The notes: generated by a model from the sequence alone, not told the origin. A stretch of DNA of 64,000 nt from Escherichia coli (GCF_003334255.1 NZ_QOWU01000004.1), one strand, 5' to 3'. Shown: positions 19,754 to 33,467, numbered from the stretch's first letter. Translations and numbers: made by a program.

Positions 19754-22306
19754 GTGAAGTTCGTAAAGTATTTTTTGATCCTTGCAGTCTGTTGCATTCT
19801 GCTGGGAGCAGGCTCGATTTATGGCCTATACCGCTACATCGAGCCACAACTGCCGGATGTGGCGACATTAAAAGATGTTCGCCTGCAAATTCCGATGCAG
19901 ATTTACAGCGCCGATGGCGAGCTGATTGCTCAATACGGTGAGAAACGTCGTATTCCGGTTACGTTGGATCAAATCCCACCGGAGATGGTGAAAGCCTTTA
20001 TCGCGACAGAAGACAGCCGCTTCTACGAGCATCACGGCGTTGACCCGGTGGGGATCTTCCGTGCAGCAAGCGTGGCGCTGTTCTCCGGTCACGCGTCACA
20101 AGGGGCAAGTACCATTACCCAGCAGCTGGCGAGAAACTTCTTCCTCAGTCCAGAACGCACGCTGATGCGTAAGATTAAGGAAGTCTTCCTCGCGATTCGC
20201 ATTGAACAGCTGCTGACGAAAGACGAGATCCTCGAGCTTTATCTGAACAAGATTTACCTTGGTTACCGCGCCTATGGTGTCGGTGCTGCGGCACAAGTCT
20301 ATTTCGGAAAAACGGTCGACCAACTGACGCTGAACGAAATGGCGGTGATAGCCGGGCTGCCGAAAGCGCCTTCCACCTTCAACCCGCTCTACTCGATGGA
20401 TCGTGCCGTCGCGCGGCGTAACGTCGTGCTGTCGCGGATGCTGGATGAAGGGTATATCACCCAACAACAGTTCGATCAGACACGCACTGAGGCGATTAAC
20501 GCTAACTATCACGCGCCGGAGATTGCTTTCTCTGCGCCGTACCTGAGCGAAATGGTGCGCCAGGAGATGTATAACCGTTATGGCGAAAGTGCCTATGAAG
20601 ACGGTTATCGCATTTACACCACCATCACCCGCAAAGTGCAGCAGGCCGCGCAGCAGGCGGTACGTAATAACGTGCTGGACTACGACATGCGCCACGGCTA
20701 TCGCGGCCCGGCAAATGTGCTGTGGAAAGTGGGCGAGTCGGCGTGGGATAACAACAAGATTACCGATACGCTGAAGGCGCTGCCAACCTATGGTCCGCTG
20801 CTGCCTGCCGCAGTCACCAGCGCCAATCCTCAGCAAGCGACGGCGATGCTGGCGGACGGGTCGACCGTCGCATTGAGTATGGAAGGCGTTCGCTGGGCGC
20901 GTCCTTACCGTTCGGATACTCAGCAAGGACCGACGCCGCGTAAAGTGACCGATGTTCTGCAAACGGGTCAGCAAATCTGGGTTCGTCAGGTTGGCGATGC
21001 ATGGTGGCTGGCACAAGTGCCGGAAGTGAACTCGGCGCTGGTGTCGATCAATCCGCAAAACGGTGCCGTTATGGCGCTGGTCGGTGGCTTTGATTTCAAT
21101 CAGAGCAAGTTTAACCGCGCCACCCAGGCACTGCGTCAGGTGGGTTCCAACATCAAACCGTTCCTCTACACCGCGGCGATGGATAAAGGTCTGACGCTGG
21201 CAAGTATGTTGAACGATGTGCCAATTTCTCGCTGGGATGCAAGTGCCGGTTCTGACTGGCAGCCGAAGAACTCACCACCGCAGTATGCTGGTCCAATTCG
21301 CTTACGTCAGGGGCTGGGTCAGTCGAAAAACGTGGTGATGGTACGCGCAATGCGGGCGATGGGCGTCGACTACGCTGCAGAATATCTGCAACGCTTCGGC
21401 TTCCCGGCACAAAACATTGTCCACACCGAATCGCTGGCGCTGGGTTCAGCGTCCTTCACCCCAATGCAGGTGGCGCGCGGCTACGCGGTCATGGCGAACG
21501 GCGGCTTCCTGGTGGACCCGTGGTTTATCAGCAAAATTGAAAACGATCAGGGCGGCGTGATTTTCGAAGCGAAACCGAAAGTAGCCTGCCCGGAATGCGA
21601 TATTCCGGTGATTTACGGTGATACGCAGAAATCGAACGTGCTGGAAAATAACGATGTTGAAGATGTCGCTATCTCCCGCGAGCAGCAGAATGTTTCTGTA
21701 CCAATGCCGCAGCTGGAGCAGGCAAATCAGGCGTTAGTGGCGAAGACTGGCGCGCAGGAGTACGCACCGCACGTCATCAACACTCCGCTGGCATTCCTGA
21801 TTAAGAGTGCTTTGAACACCAATATCTTTGGTGAGCCAGGCTGGCAGGGTACTGGCTGGCGTGCAGGTCGTGATTTGCAGCGTCGCGATATCGGCGGGAA
21901 AACCGGGACCACTAACAGTTCGAAAGATGCGTGGTTCTCGGGTTACGGTCCGGGCGTTGTGACCTCGGTCTGGATTGGCTTTGATGATCACCGTCGTAAT
22001 CTCGGTCATACAACGGCTTCCGGAGCGATTAAAGATCAGATCTCAGGTTACGAAGGCGGTGCCAAGAGTGCCCAGCCTGCATGGGACGCTTATATGAAAG
22101 CCGTTCTTGAAGGTGTGCCGGAGCAGCCGCTGACGCCGCCACCGGGTATTGTGACGGTGAATATCGATCGCAGCACCGGGCAGTTAGCTAATGGTGGCAA
22201 CAGCCGCGAAGAGTATTTCATCGAAGGTACGCAGCCGACACAACAGGCAGTGCACGAGGTGGGAACGACCATTATCGATAATGGCGAGGCACAGGAATTG
22301 TTCTGA
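19754..22306 (+). CDS. mrcA: Penicillin-binding protein 1A (bifunctional glycosyltransferase/transpeptidase)
   Basis: ORF track begins at ATG 19730; GTG at 19754 gives the 850-aa form (MKFVKYFLILAV...). GT motif (EDSRFYEHHGVD) and a transpeptidase-type SxxK (SNIK) motif are present. Confidence 0.93.
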   Translation: MKFVKYFLILAVCCILLGAGSIYGLYRYIEPQLPDVATLKDVRLQIPMQIYSADGELIAQYGEKRRIPVTLDQIPPEMVKAFIATEDSRFYEHHGVDPVGIFRAASVALFSGHASQGASTITQQLARNFFLSPERTLMRKIKEVFLAIRIEQLLTKDEILELYLNKIYLGYRAYGVGAAAQVYFGKTVDQLTLNEMAVIAGLPKAPSTFNPLYSMDRAVARRNVVLSRMLDEGYITQQQFDQTRTEAINANYHAPEIAFSAPYLSEMVRQEMYNRYGESAYEDGYRIYTTITRKVQQAAQQAVRNNVLDYDMRHGYRGPANVLWKVGESAWDNNKITDTLKALPTYGPLLPAAVTSANPQQATAMLADGSTVALSMEGVRWARPYRSDTQQGPTPRKVTDVLQTGQQIWVRQVGDAWWLAQVPEVNSALVSINPQNGAVMALVGGFDFNQSKFNRATQALRQVGSNIKPFLYTAAMDKGLTLASMLNDVPISRWDASAGSDWQPKNSPPQYAGPIRLRQGLGQSKNVVMVRAMRAMGVDYAAEYLQRFGFPAQNIVHTESLALGSASFTPMQVARGYAVMANGGFLVDPWFISKIENDQGGVIFEAKPKVACPECDIPVIYGDTQKSNVLENNDVEDVAISREQQNVSVPMPQLEQANQALVAKTGAQEYAPHVINTPLAFLIKSALNTNIFGEPGWQGTGWRAGRDLQRRDIGGKTGTTNSSKDAWFSGYGPGVVTSVWIGFDDHRRNLGHTTASGAIKDQISGYEGGAKSAQPAWDAYMKAVLEGVPEQPLTPPPGIVTVNIDRSTGQLANGGNSREEYFIEGTQPTQQAVHEVGTTIIDNGEAQELF

Positions 22307-22308
22307 TT

Positions 22309-22334
22309 AAAAAGGCGCTTCGGCGCCTTTTCAG
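22309..22334 (+). terminator. Rho-independent terminator of mrcA
   Basis: aaaggcgc-ttcg-gcgccttt stem-loop followed by T-rich tail, 3 nt after the mrcA stop. Confidence 0.8.
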
Positions 22335-22360
22335 TTTGCTGACAAAGTGCACTTGTTTAT

Positions 22361-22458
22361 GCCGGATACGGCGTGAACGCGTTATCCGGCTAACAAAATC
22401 GTGAAAACTCAATAAATTGCAGAAACCCCATAAGCCTGATAAACATTGTGCATCAGGC
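22361..22458. repeat. REP elements (gccggatacggcgtgaacgcgttatccggc and gcctgataaacattgtgcatcaggc)
   Basis: Palindromic REP-consensus units between convergent mrcA and nudE. Confidence 0.6.
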
Positions 22459-22471
22459 AAACTTCACGCAT

Positions 22472-23032
22472 TTACACTCGCCCCTTCCCTTTCAACCATT
22501 CGCGCACGAGGAACAGCGCACTGACATTGCGCGCTTCATTGAAGTCAGGGTCTTCCAGCAAATCCATCATATGCGCCAGCGGCCAGCGCACCTGTGGTAG
22601 CGGCTCTGGCTCATCGCCTTCCAGTGATTCCGGGTAGAGATCTTGCGCTACCACGATATTCATTTTGCTGGAAAAGTAAGACGGTGCCATGCTGAGCTTC
22701 TTCAAAAAAGTCAGATCGTTCGCTCCAAATCCAACCTCTTCTTTTAGCTCGCGGTTAGCGGCTTCGTAGACGCTTTCACCCGGATCAATTAATCCTTTCG
22801 AAAAACCTAATTCGTAGGATTCAGTTCCCACTGCGTATTCGCGGATCAGGATCAGGTGATCGTCCACAATCGGCACAATCATCACTGCTTCCCGGTTGGT
22901 TGGACGCATTCGTTCATAAACACGCCGCACGCCATTGCTGAACTCCAGATCCACGCTCTCGACGGTAAACAGTCGGGAACGGGCTACAGTTTCAACATTC
23001 AGAATGGTGGGTTTTTGTAATGATTTGCTCAT
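22472..23032 (-). CDS. nudE: ADP-compound hydrolase (Nudix)
   Basis: 186-aa ORF; Nudix box (GLIDPGESVYEAANRELKEEVG) visible. Confidence 0.95.
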   Translation of the reverse strand: MSKSLQKPTILNVETVARSRLFTVESVDLEFSNGVRRVYERMRPTNREAVMIVPIVDDHLILIREYAVGTESYELGFSKGLIDPGESVYEAANRELKEEVGFGANDLTFLKKLSMAPSYFSSKMNIVVAQDLYPESLEGDEPEPLPQVRWPLAHMMDLLEDPDFNEARNVSALFLVREWLKGKGRV

Positions 23033-23351
23033 CGTGGGATCTATGCTGTGAAATCAGCGGTTATTGTGCGATATCGGACACGCTTTCGGCAATGTGAATT
23101 GCATGTTATTTACATTTATGTAACTTAATAAATAATCGTCCTCAAATCAAATTAAAAGTCAATAGGTTGAAATAACTCCAGGAATTTGCTGATATTCCGC
23201 CTTCAGAGGGTTTGCTATGATCAGCGGTTACTGTGATGTGCTTAATGATGCTCAAGTTAAACTCCACGCTTGCCGATAGCCAACCGCAGAATCATGTATT
23301 GTGTCCGGTGCGACTGACCACGCCTGACAGACTAAGTAAGATGGGGAAAGC

Positions 23352-25487
23352 ATGAGCACCATTGTGATTTTTTTAGCTGCTTTGCTGGCCTGCTCACTAC
23401 TTGCGGGATGGCTGATAAAAGTGCGATCCAGACGGCGTCAGCTGCCCTGGACCAACGCCTTCGCGGATGCGCAAACGCGTAAACTCACACCTGAAGAACG
23501 TAGCGCCGTTGAAAATTATCTTGAGAGCCTGACGCAGGTATTACAGGTGCCTGGCCCAACGGGAGCCAGCGCGGCACCGATCTCTCTGGCGCTGAATGCC
23601 GAAAGCAACAACGTCATGATGCTGACACACGCTATCACGCGTTACGGCATCTCTACCGACGATCCGAATAAATGGCGTTACTACCTCGATTCGGTAGAAG
23701 TCCACCTGCCCCCTTTCTGGGAACAGTACATCAACGATGAGAATACCGTTGAACTGATTCATACCGATTCGCTGCCGCTGGTTATTTCACTCAACGGTCA
23801 TACGCTGCAGGAGTACATGCAGGAAACTCGCAGCTATGCCTTGCAACCTGTTCCGTCAACGCAGGCGTCGATTCGCGGGGAAGAGAGTGAGCAAATCGAG
23901 CTACTCAATATTCGCAAAGAAACGCATGAAGAATATGCGCTGAGTCGTCCGCGCGGGCTGCGTGAAGCGTTGCTGATCGTCGCCTCCTTCCTGATGTTCT
24001 TTTTCTGCCTGATTACCCCGGATGTATTTGTTCCGTGGCTGGCAGGCGGCGCGTTACTGCTGCTGGGCGCAGGTCTGTGGGGGCTATTCGCGCCCCCGGC
24101 AAAATCCTCCCTGCGGGAAATTCATTGTCTGCGCGGTACACCCCGTCGTTGGGGATTGTTTGGCGAAAACGATCAGGAACAGATCAACAATATTTCACTC
24201 GGTATTATCGACCTGGTCTATCCCGCACACTGGCAGCCATACATTGCTCAGGATCTCGGTCAACAAACCGATATCGATATCTATCTCGACCGCCATGTAG
24301 TGCGTCAGGGACGATATCTTTCGCTGCATGATGAAGTAAAAAACTTTCCGTTACAGCACTGGCTGCGCAGTACGATTATCGCTGCGGGCTTGCTGCTGGT
24401 GCTGTTTATGCTGTTATTCTGGATCCCGCTGGATATGCCGCTGAAATTCACTCTCTCATGGATGAAAGGCGCGCAGACCATTGAAGCCACCAGCGTAAAA
24501 CAACTGGCTGACGCTGGCGTGCGGGTAGGCGATACATTGCGTATTAGCGGTACGGGAATGTGTAATATTCGAACTTCCGGAACCTGGAGCGCGAAAACCA
24601 ATTCACCTTTTTTACCGTTTGACTGCTCGCAGATCATCTGGAACGACGCCCGCTCATTGCCATTACCAGAATCTGAACTGGTCAACAAAGCGACGGCATT
24701 GACTGAAGCAGTTAATCGCCAGCTGCACCCTAAACCGGAAGATGAATCTCGCGTCAGTGCCTCATTACGTTCAGCAATTCAAAAATCCGGCATGGTATTG
24801 CTTGATGATTTTGGCGACATTGTACTGAAGACAGCGGATTTATGTTCTGCCAAAGATGACTGTGTGCGACTGAAAAATGCGCTGGTCAATCTCGGCAACA
24901 GTAAAGACTGGGACGCGCTGGTAAAACGCGCCAACGCCGGGAAGCTCGATGGCGTGAATGTGTTATTACGCCCGGTGAGTGCGGAATCGCTGGATAACCT
25001 GGTGGCAACCTCCACCGCGCCGTTTATCACGCATGAAACGGCGCGAGCGGCACAATCACTAAACAGTCCGGCCCCCGGCGGATTCCTGATTGTCAGCGAC
25101 GAAGGCAGCGATTTTGTTGATCAGCCCTGGCCTTCGGCATCACTTTACGACTACCCGCCGCAAGAACAGTGGAACGCTTTCCAGAAACTGGCACAAATGC
25201 TGATGCATACGCCGTTTAACGCCGAGGGTATCGTCACAAAAATCTTCACTGACGCCAATGGTACGCAGCATATTGGCCTTCATCCGATCCCGGATCGTTC
25301 CGGCCTGTGGCGCTATCTCAGCACCACATTGCTGCTACTGACGATGCTGGGTAGCGCCATTTACAATGGCGTACAGGCCTGGCGTCGTTACCAGCGTCAT
25401 CGCACTCGCATGATGGAGATTCAGGCCTATTATGAAAGCTGCCTGAACCCGCAACTGATCACCCCTTCAGAAAGCCTTATCGAATAA
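23352..25487 (+). CDS. igaA: Inner-membrane attenuator of the Rcs phosphorelay
   Basis: 711-aa ORF with several TM segments; length and context match igaA (yrfF). Confidence 0.93.
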   Translation: MSTIVIFLAALLACSLLAGWLIKVRSRRRQLPWTNAFADAQTRKLTPEERSAVENYLESLTQVLQVPGPTGASAAPISLALNAESNNVMMLTHAITRYGISTDDPNKWRYYLDSVEVHLPPFWEQYINDENTVELIHTDSLPLVISLNGHTLQEYMQETRSYALQPVPSTQASIRGEESEQIELLNIRKETHEEYALSRPRGLREALLIVASFLMFFFCLITPDVFVPWLAGGALLLLGAGLWGLFAPPAKSSLREIHCLRGTPRRWGLFGENDQEQINNISLGIIDLVYPAHWQPYIAQDLGQQTDIDIYLDRHVVRQGRYLSLHDEVKNFPLQHWLRSTIIAAGLLLVLFMLLFWIPLDMPLKFTLSWMKGAQTIEATSVKQLADAGVRVGDTLRISGTGMCNIRTSGTWSAKTNSPFLPFDCSQIIWNDARSLPLPESELVNKATALTEAVNRQLHPKPEDESRVSASLRSAIQKSGMVLLDDFGDIVLKTADLCSAKDDCVRLKNALVNLGNSKDWDALVKRANAGKLDGVNVLLRPVSAESLDNLVATSTAPFITHETARAAQSLNSPAPGGFLIVSDEGSDFVDQPWPSASLYDYPPQEQWNAFQKLAQMLMHTPFNAEGIVTKIFTDANGTQHIGLHPIPDRSGLWRYLSTTLLLLTMLGSAIYNGVQAWRRYQRHRTRMMEIQAYYESCLNPQLITPSESLIE

Positions 25488-25551
25488 CACGTTTGCGCGG
25501 CAGGTTATGCTACCCTGTCGCGCAAATTGCTTCACTCTGGAGATTTCCCTC

Positions 25552-26220
25552 ATGCATATCAACATTGCCTGGCAGGACGTAGATACCGTTCTGCTGGATA
25601 TGGACGGCACGTTGCTCGACCTCGCCTTCGATAACTATTTCTGGCAAAAGCTGGTGCCTGAAACATGGGGCGCGAAAAACGGGGTTACGCCACAGGAAGC
25701 GATGGAATATATGCGCCAGCAATATCACGACGTACAGCATACGCTAAACTGGTACTGTCTTGATTACTGGAGTGAGCAACTGGGTCTGGATATCTGTGCG
25801 ATGACCACCGAGATGGGACCGCGTGCCGTACTGCGTGAAGATACCATTCCGTTTCTTGAGGCACTGAAAGCCAGCGGTAAGCAGCGAATTTTGCTCACCA
25901 ATGCGCATCCGCACAACCTGGCGGTAAAACTTGAGCATACCGGTCTGGACGCACACCTTGATTTATTACTTTCCACCCACACATTTGGTTATCCGAAAGA
26001 GGATCAGCGGTTATGGCATGCGGTGGCCGAAGCTACGGGTCTGAAAGCTGAAAGAACGCTGTTTATTGATGACAGCGAAGCGATTCTCGATGCTGCCGCG
26101 CAATTTGGTATTCGTTACTGCCTCGGCGTGACTAATCCTGATTCCGGGATTGCCGAGAAACAGTATCAACGCCATCCGTCACTGAATGACTACCGCCGCC
26201 TGATCCCCTCGCTAATGTGA
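25552..26220 (+). CDS. yrfG: HAD-family nucleotidase (GMP/IMP phosphatase)
   Basis: ORF track starts 25507; ATG at 25552 gives the 222-aa product with HAD motif I (LLDMDGTLLD). Confidence 0.9.
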   Translation: MHINIAWQDVDTVLLDMDGTLLDLAFDNYFWQKLVPETWGAKNGVTPQEAMEYMRQQYHDVQHTLNWYCLDYWSEQLGLDICAMTTEMGPRAVLREDTIPFLEALKASGKQRILLTNAHPHNLAVKLEHTGLDAHLDLLLSTHTFGYPKEDQRLWHAVAEATGLKAERTLFIDDSEAILDAAAQFGIRYCLGVTNPDSGIAEKQYQRHPSLNDYRRLIPSLM

Positions 26221-26230
26221 AGGAGACGCC

Positions 26231-26632
26231 ATGAAAGAGAAACCTGCTGTTGAGGTTCGACTGGATAAATGGCTATGGGCTGCCCGTTTTTATAAAACCC
26301 GCGCGCTGGCCCGTGAAATGATTGAAGGCGGTAAGGTGCATTACAACGGGCAGCGCAGCAAGCCGAGCAAAATCGTCGAGCTGAATGCCACGCTCACTCT
26401 GCGCCAGGGAAATGACGAACGCACGGTGATTGTAAAGGCGATTACTGAACAGCGTCGCCCCGCCAGCGAGGCAGCCTTGCTGTATGAAGAGACTGCGGAA
26501 AGTGTAGAGAAACGCGAAAAAATGGCGCTGGCACGTAAACTTAATGCCTTAACCATGCCGCACCCGGACCGACGCCCGGACAAAAAAGAGCGCCGCGACC
26601 TGTTACGATTTAAACACGGCGACAGTGAATAA
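26231..26632 (+). CDS. hslR: Heat-shock protein Hsp15 (ribosome-associated, S4-like RNA-binding)
   Basis: 133-aa ORF (MKEKPAVEVRLDKWLWAARFYKTRALA...). Confidence 0.95.
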   Translation: MKEKPAVEVRLDKWLWAARFYKTRALAREMIEGGKVHYNGQRSKPSKIVELNATLTLRQGNDERTVIVKAITEQRRPASEAALLYEETAESVEKREKMALARKLNALTMPHPDRRPDKKERRDLLRFKHGDSE

Positions 26633-26656
26633 CTGTCACCTGCAAGAGAGATGATT

Positions 26657-27535
26657 ATGCCGCAACATGACCAATTACATCGCTATCTGTTTGAAAACTT
26701 TGCCGTGCGCGGCGAACTGGTAACCGTTTCGGAAACCCTGCAACAGATCCTTGAGAACCACGATTATCCGCAGCCCGTTAAAAACGTGCTGGCAGAACTG
26801 CTGGTTGCGACCAGCCTGTTAACCGCTACGCTGAAGTTTGATGGTGATATCACCGTACAGCTGCAGGGCGACGGTCCGATGAATCTGGCGGTTATTAACG
26901 GTAACAATAACCAGCAGATGCGCGGTGTGGCGCGCGTGCAGGGCGAAATTCCAGAAAATGCCGACCTGAAAACGCTGGTCGGCAATGGTTACGTGGTGAT
27001 CACCATTACCCCGAGCGAAGGCGAACGCTATCAGGGCGTAGTTGGTCTGGAAGGTGATACCCTGGCGGCCTGCCTGGAAGATTACTTTATGCGTTCTGAA
27101 CAGCTGCCGACGCGCCTGTTTATTCGCACCGGCGACGTAGACGGCAAACCGGCTGCAGGCGGTATGTTGTTGCAGGTAATGCCTGCGCAAAATGCCCAGC
27201 AGGACGACTTTGACCACCTGGCGACGCTAACCGAAACCATCAAAACCGAAGAACTGCTGACCTTACCGGCAAACGAAGTGTTGTGGCGTTTGTATCACGA
27301 AGAAGAGGTGACGGTTTACGATCCGCAGGATGTGGAGTTCAAATGCACCTGCTCGCGTGAACGTTGCGCCGATGCGCTGAAAACGCTGCCTGATGAAGAA
27401 GTTGATAGCATCCTGGCGGAAGATGGCGAAATTGACATGCATTGTGATTACTGCGGTAACCACTATCTGTTCAATGCGATGGATATTGCTGAAATCCGCA
27501 ACAACGCGTCTCCGGCAGATCCGCAAGTTCATTAA
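26657..27535 (+). CDS. hslO: Redox-regulated chaperone Hsp33
   Basis: ATG at 26657 gives 292 aa; C-terminal zinc-binding CxC...CxxC (CTCSRERC ... CDYCGNHY) visible. Confidence 0.95.
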   Translation: MPQHDQLHRYLFENFAVRGELVTVSETLQQILENHDYPQPVKNVLAELLVATSLLTATLKFDGDITVQLQGDGPMNLAVINGNNNQQMRGVARVQGEIPENADLKTLVGNGYVVITITPSEGERYQGVVGLEGDTLAACLEDYFMRSEQLPTRLFIRTGDVDGKPAAGGMLLQVMPAQNAQQDDFDHLATLTETIKTEELLTLPANEVLWRLYHEEEVTVYDPQDVEFKCTCSRERCADALKTLPDEEVDSILAEDGEIDMHCDYCGNHYLFNAMDIAEIRNNASPADPQVH

Positions 27536-27543
27536 TGAGTATG

Positions 27544-27571
27544 TCCGGCAGAGAGGGCTCTGCCGGATTTT
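27544..27571 (+). terminator. Rho-independent terminator of hslO
   Basis: ccggcagag-aggg-ctctgccgg stem-loop followed by attttt. Confidence 0.8.
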
Positions 27572-27597
27572 ACGACTAATACACCTGATGCGCTTTG

Positions 27598-29322
27598 TCA
27601 CTCATTCAGATTCACATTCAGCCTTTCACCATCCACTACAAGATCGCGCCACGCTTTAGGCTTCGTCCCCAGTTTTCCATCCTTCGCAGCTGTGAGTAAT
27701 TTTTCTTTCGTTATTTCGTTCGGAAGTAAACTCATATCAAGCGCGTCCCATTCTTTTCTGTCTGAGTCAAAGCCATAGACAATGACTCTGTCATCATTAA
27801 AAGCAAACAGGATCCGCTCCGCCTGACCATCACTATTCAGATCTTGCTCGACCAGGACGCAGGCGTCTTTTTCAATACAGGTCATCACGTTATAGCGATC
27901 CTGGATTAAGGCCGACCAGAATGTCGCATCAGGTTTAACAGAACCAGGGGCAATTAACACATTATCGGCTAATACTTTTTCCGATACCTGTTGCTGAAGA
28001 TGTTGCTCTCCATCTAACGCCATCAGCAGATCCCGCGCGCGTTTCGGGTCTTTCATAAACCCGGCATCGCTTTTCAGCGACTCAAGCGCAGCACGTCCAT
28101 AGCGACCGCTCTGCTCGAGCATGTAGATAGTTACCTGGTCTGACGTGTTTTTGCCGCTCTGATAACGCGCCATATGGCTGTTCACGCTAATGCGCATACT
28201 GTCCAGCACCGGCGAATTAAGAAGCACCAGTATCACCAACACCAATAACGAAACCGCAAGGTTCACTTTGCCCTGAAGAACAACGGGATTTTGCCCTTTA
28301 CGCCAGACGATGCTGACAAAATACCCCAGCGACCACACCAGTAACACCAGCACCGCCAGCACGCCCTGCAAGCGGTCGACAGTCCAGCCGTACTGAGCGA
28401 CCCGCAGCCATAACGCCCAGGCGGCGACGAACACATACAGCGGAGCAACCAGCAAAGCGGTTTTAATCAGGCAACGCAACGGCCCTGTCCAGGGAAGTGA
28501 CGCTTTTTGCGGATCGCGGACAATAGCCATTAAGATCAATTGCAAAAAGGCCAGCGTCAACAGCAACCCGGCGGCGGAGATGTGGCGAGAAATCGCGCTC
28601 AGGCCCGTAAACGGCAGGGTGATGATAAACATCAGGGTTAGCAATGATACTAACGGCAGCAACCCCGTGGCGATTAACGTGAACAACTTTTGAATAGAGT
28701 CGATTAAACGTGACTGTGTTCGCGCGAGGATCACCGCCAGCGCGGTAACCAGACCTAACGTGAGATAAATAAACCAGTCGGTTGCAAAAAAGAGCGTATT
28801 GAAAAACGTGATGCCAACAAGTTTAAACAACTCACTCCACAGTAAAAGCACCAGCCACGTCAAGCCATTGGCGAGAAAAATCACCAGTAATATAAGTACG
28901 TTATGCCATACTGACTGGTAAAAATAGCGATAGCGGCTACTGTCATTGCGGATGCGAAGGCTTTGTTGTATCCACGGTAGCAACAACATTGCCATCAACA
29001 GCAGATAGCAACCAAAATCCCAAAGCGCCTTTTCAGCTCTCCAGGGGTTCATGCCATCAGTTTGCCACTTCAGCCAGCCGCTCATCCCCAGCGTGGCAAT
29101 AAACACTAGCGCCAGCCATCCCCAAAGGCGCTTCTGTTTAAAAGAGATCACGGAGAAGAGTAAAACGGATGAAAACGCGACGGTCGCAGGCACGCCATAA
29201 ACAATCCAACTGTGATTTTTTCCGGAAAGCCAGGCGATCAGCAGGTAGCAAACCAGACCCTGAAGTAATCCGGTAGCAATCATCCCCCAGCGTGTTGCGG
29301 GTGAAAGTTCAACGTTATCCAT
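27598..29322 (-). CDS. yhgE: Uncharacterized polytopic inner-membrane protein
   Basis: 574-aa ORF with many hydrophobic helices in the N-terminal two-thirds and a soluble C-terminal domain. Confidence 0.88.
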
Positions 29323-29700
29323 GTTGGTTATCCAGAATCAAAAGGTGGGTTAATTATCGCATCCGGGCAGTAGTATTTTGCTTTTTTCAGAAAATAATCA
29401 AAAAAAGTTAGCGTGGTGAATCGATACTTTACCGGTTGAATTTGCATCAATTTCATTCAGGAATGCGATTCCACTCACAATATTCCCGCCATATAAACCA
29501 AGATTTAACCTTTTGAGAACATTTTCCACACCTAAAATGCTATTTCTGCGATAATAGCAACCGTTTCGTGACAGGAATCACGGAGTTTTTTGTCAAATAT
29601 GAATTTCTCCAGATACGTAAATCTATGAGCCTTGTCGCGGTTAACACCCCCAAAAAGACTTTACTATTCAGGCAATACATATTGGCTAAGGAGCAGTGAA

Positions 29701-31323
29701 ATGCGCGTTAACAATGGTTTGACCCCGCAAGAACTCGAGGCTTATGGTATCAGTGACGTACATGATATCGTTTACAACCCAAGCTACGACCTGCTGTATC
29801 AGGAAGAGCTCGATCCGAGCCTGACAGGTTATGAGCGCGGGGTGTTAACTAATCTGGGTGCCGTTGCCGTCGATACCGGGATCTTCACCGGTCGTTCACC
29901 AAAAGATAAGTATATCGTCCGTGACGATACCACTCGCGATACTTTCTGGTGGGCAGACAAAGGCAAAGGTAAGAACGACAACAAACCTCTCTCTCCGGAA
30001 ACCTGGCAGCATCTGAAAGGCCTGGTGACCAGGCAGCTTTCCGGCAAACGTCTGTTCGTTGTCGACGCTTTCTGTGGTGCGAACCCGGATACTCGTCTTT
30101 CCGTCCGTTTCATCACCGAAGTGGCCTGGCAGGCGCATTTTGTCAAAAACATGTTTATTCGCCCGAGCGATGAAGAACTGGCAGGTTTCAAACCAGACTT
30201 TATCGTTATGAACGGCGCGAAGTGCACTAACCCGCAGTGGAAAGAACAGGGTCTCAACTCCGAAAACTTCGTGGCGTTTAACCTGACCGAGCGCATGCAG
30301 CTGATTGGCGGCACCTGGTACGGCGGCGAAATGAAGAAAGGGATGTTCTCGATGATGAACTACCTGCTGCCGCTGAAAGGTATCGCTTCTATGCACTGCT
30401 CCGCCAACGTTGGTGAGAAAGGCGATGTTGCGGTGTTCTTCGGCCTTTCCGGCACCGGTAAAACCACCCTTTCCACCGACCCGAAACGTCGCCTGATTGG
30501 CGATGACGAACACGGCTGGGACGATGACGGCGTGTTTAACTTCGAAGGCGGCTGCTACGCAAAAACTATCAAGCTGTCGAAAGAAGCGGAACCTGAAATC
30601 TACAACGCTATCCGTCGTGATGCGTTGCTGGAAAACGTCACCGTGCGTGAAGATGGCACTATCGACTTTGATGATGGTTCAAAAACCGAGAACACCCGCG
30701 TTTCTTATCCGATCTATCACATCGATAACATTGTTAAGCCGGTTTCCAAAGCGGGCCACGCGACTAAGGTTATCTTCCTGACTGCTGATGCTTTCGGCGT
30801 GTTGCCGCCGGTTTCTCGCCTGACTGCCGATCAAACCCAGTATCACTTCCTCTCTGGCTTCACCGCCAAACTGGCCGGTACTGAGCGTGGCATCACCGAA
30901 CCGACGCCAACCTTCTCCGCTTGCTTCGGCGCGGCATTCCTGTCGCTGCACCCGACTCAGTACGCAGAAGTGCTGGTGAAACGTATGCAGGCGGCGGGCG
31001 CGCAGGCTTATCTGGTTAACACTGGCTGGAACGGCACTGGCAAACGTATCTCGATTAAAGATACCCGCGCCATTATCGACGCCATCCTCAACGGTTCGCT
31101 GGATAATGCAGAAACCTTCACTCTGCCGATGTTTAACCTGGCGATCCCAACCGAACTGCCGGGCGTAGACACGAAGATTCTCGATCCGCGTAACACCTAC
31201 GCTTCTCCGGAACAGTGGCAGGAAAAAGCCGAAACCCTGGCGAAACTGTTTATCGACAACTTCGATAAATACACCGACACCCCTGCGGGTGCCGCGCTGG
31301 TAGCGGCTGGTCCGAAACTGTAA
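29701..31323 (+). CDS. pckA: Phosphoenolpyruvate carboxykinase (ATP)
   Basis: ORF track starts 29632; ATG at 29701 ([17 protein letters not shown]...) gives 540 aa; kinase-1a P-loop (GLSGTGKTT) visible. Confidence 0.96.
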   Translation: MRVNNGLTPQELEAYGISDVHDIVYNPSYDLLYQEELDPSLTGYERGVLTNLGAVAVDTGIFTGRSPKDKYIVRDDTTRDTFWWADKGKGKNDNKPLSPETWQHLKGLVTRQLSGKRLFVVDAFCGANPDTRLSVRFITEVAWQAHFVKNMFIRPSDEELAGFKPDFIVMNGAKCTNPQWKEQGLNSENFVAFNLTERMQLIGGTWYGGEMKKGMFSMMNYLLPLKGIASMHCSANVGEKGDVAVFFGLSGTGKTTLSTDPKRRLIGDDEHGWDDDGVFNFEGGCYAKTIKLSKEAEPEIYNAIRRDALLENVTVREDGTIDFDDGSKTENTRVSYPIYHIDNIVKPVSKAGHATKVIFLTADAFGVLPPVSRLTADQTQYHFLSGFTAKLAGTERGITEPTPTFSACFGAAFLSLHPTQYAEVLVKRMQAAGAQAYLVNTGWNGTGKRISIKDTRAIIDAILNGSLDNAETFTLPMFNLAIPTELPGVDTKILDPRNTYASPEQWQEKAETLAKLFIDNFDKYTDTPAGAALVAAGPKL

Positions 31324-31367
31324 TGATTTGAAGCTGGAGAATATCTATCCAGTATCTTATAGAAAGC

Positions 31368-31398
31368 AAAACGGGAGGCACCTTCGCCTCCCGTTTAT

Positions 31399-31400
<2 letters not shown>
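31368..31400. terminator. Bidirectional rho-independent terminator (pckA on plus, envZ on minus)
   Basis: aaacgggaggc-accttc-gcctcccgttt with T-rich tails on both strands; the envZ stop codon (31399-31401) abuts it. Confidence 0.8.

Positions 31401-33467
<2,067 letters not shown>

Noticed and set aside
20096-21058. 320-aa ORF antisense to mrcA
   Set aside because: Lies entirely inside the conserved PBP1a gene on the opposite strand; its R/H/Q-rich composition is typical of a shadow frame of a GC-rich coding region.
29632-29700. N-terminal extensions of ORF-track entries (pckA, and likewise frlR, aroK, ompR, greB, glpD, glpE, gntX, yrfG, hofM, hofP, feoB)
   Set aside because: The longest-ORF starts give products longer than the lengths I recall for K-12; internal ATG/GTG starts with appropriate spacing were preferred. 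This is based on recall, not on computed RBS scoring.
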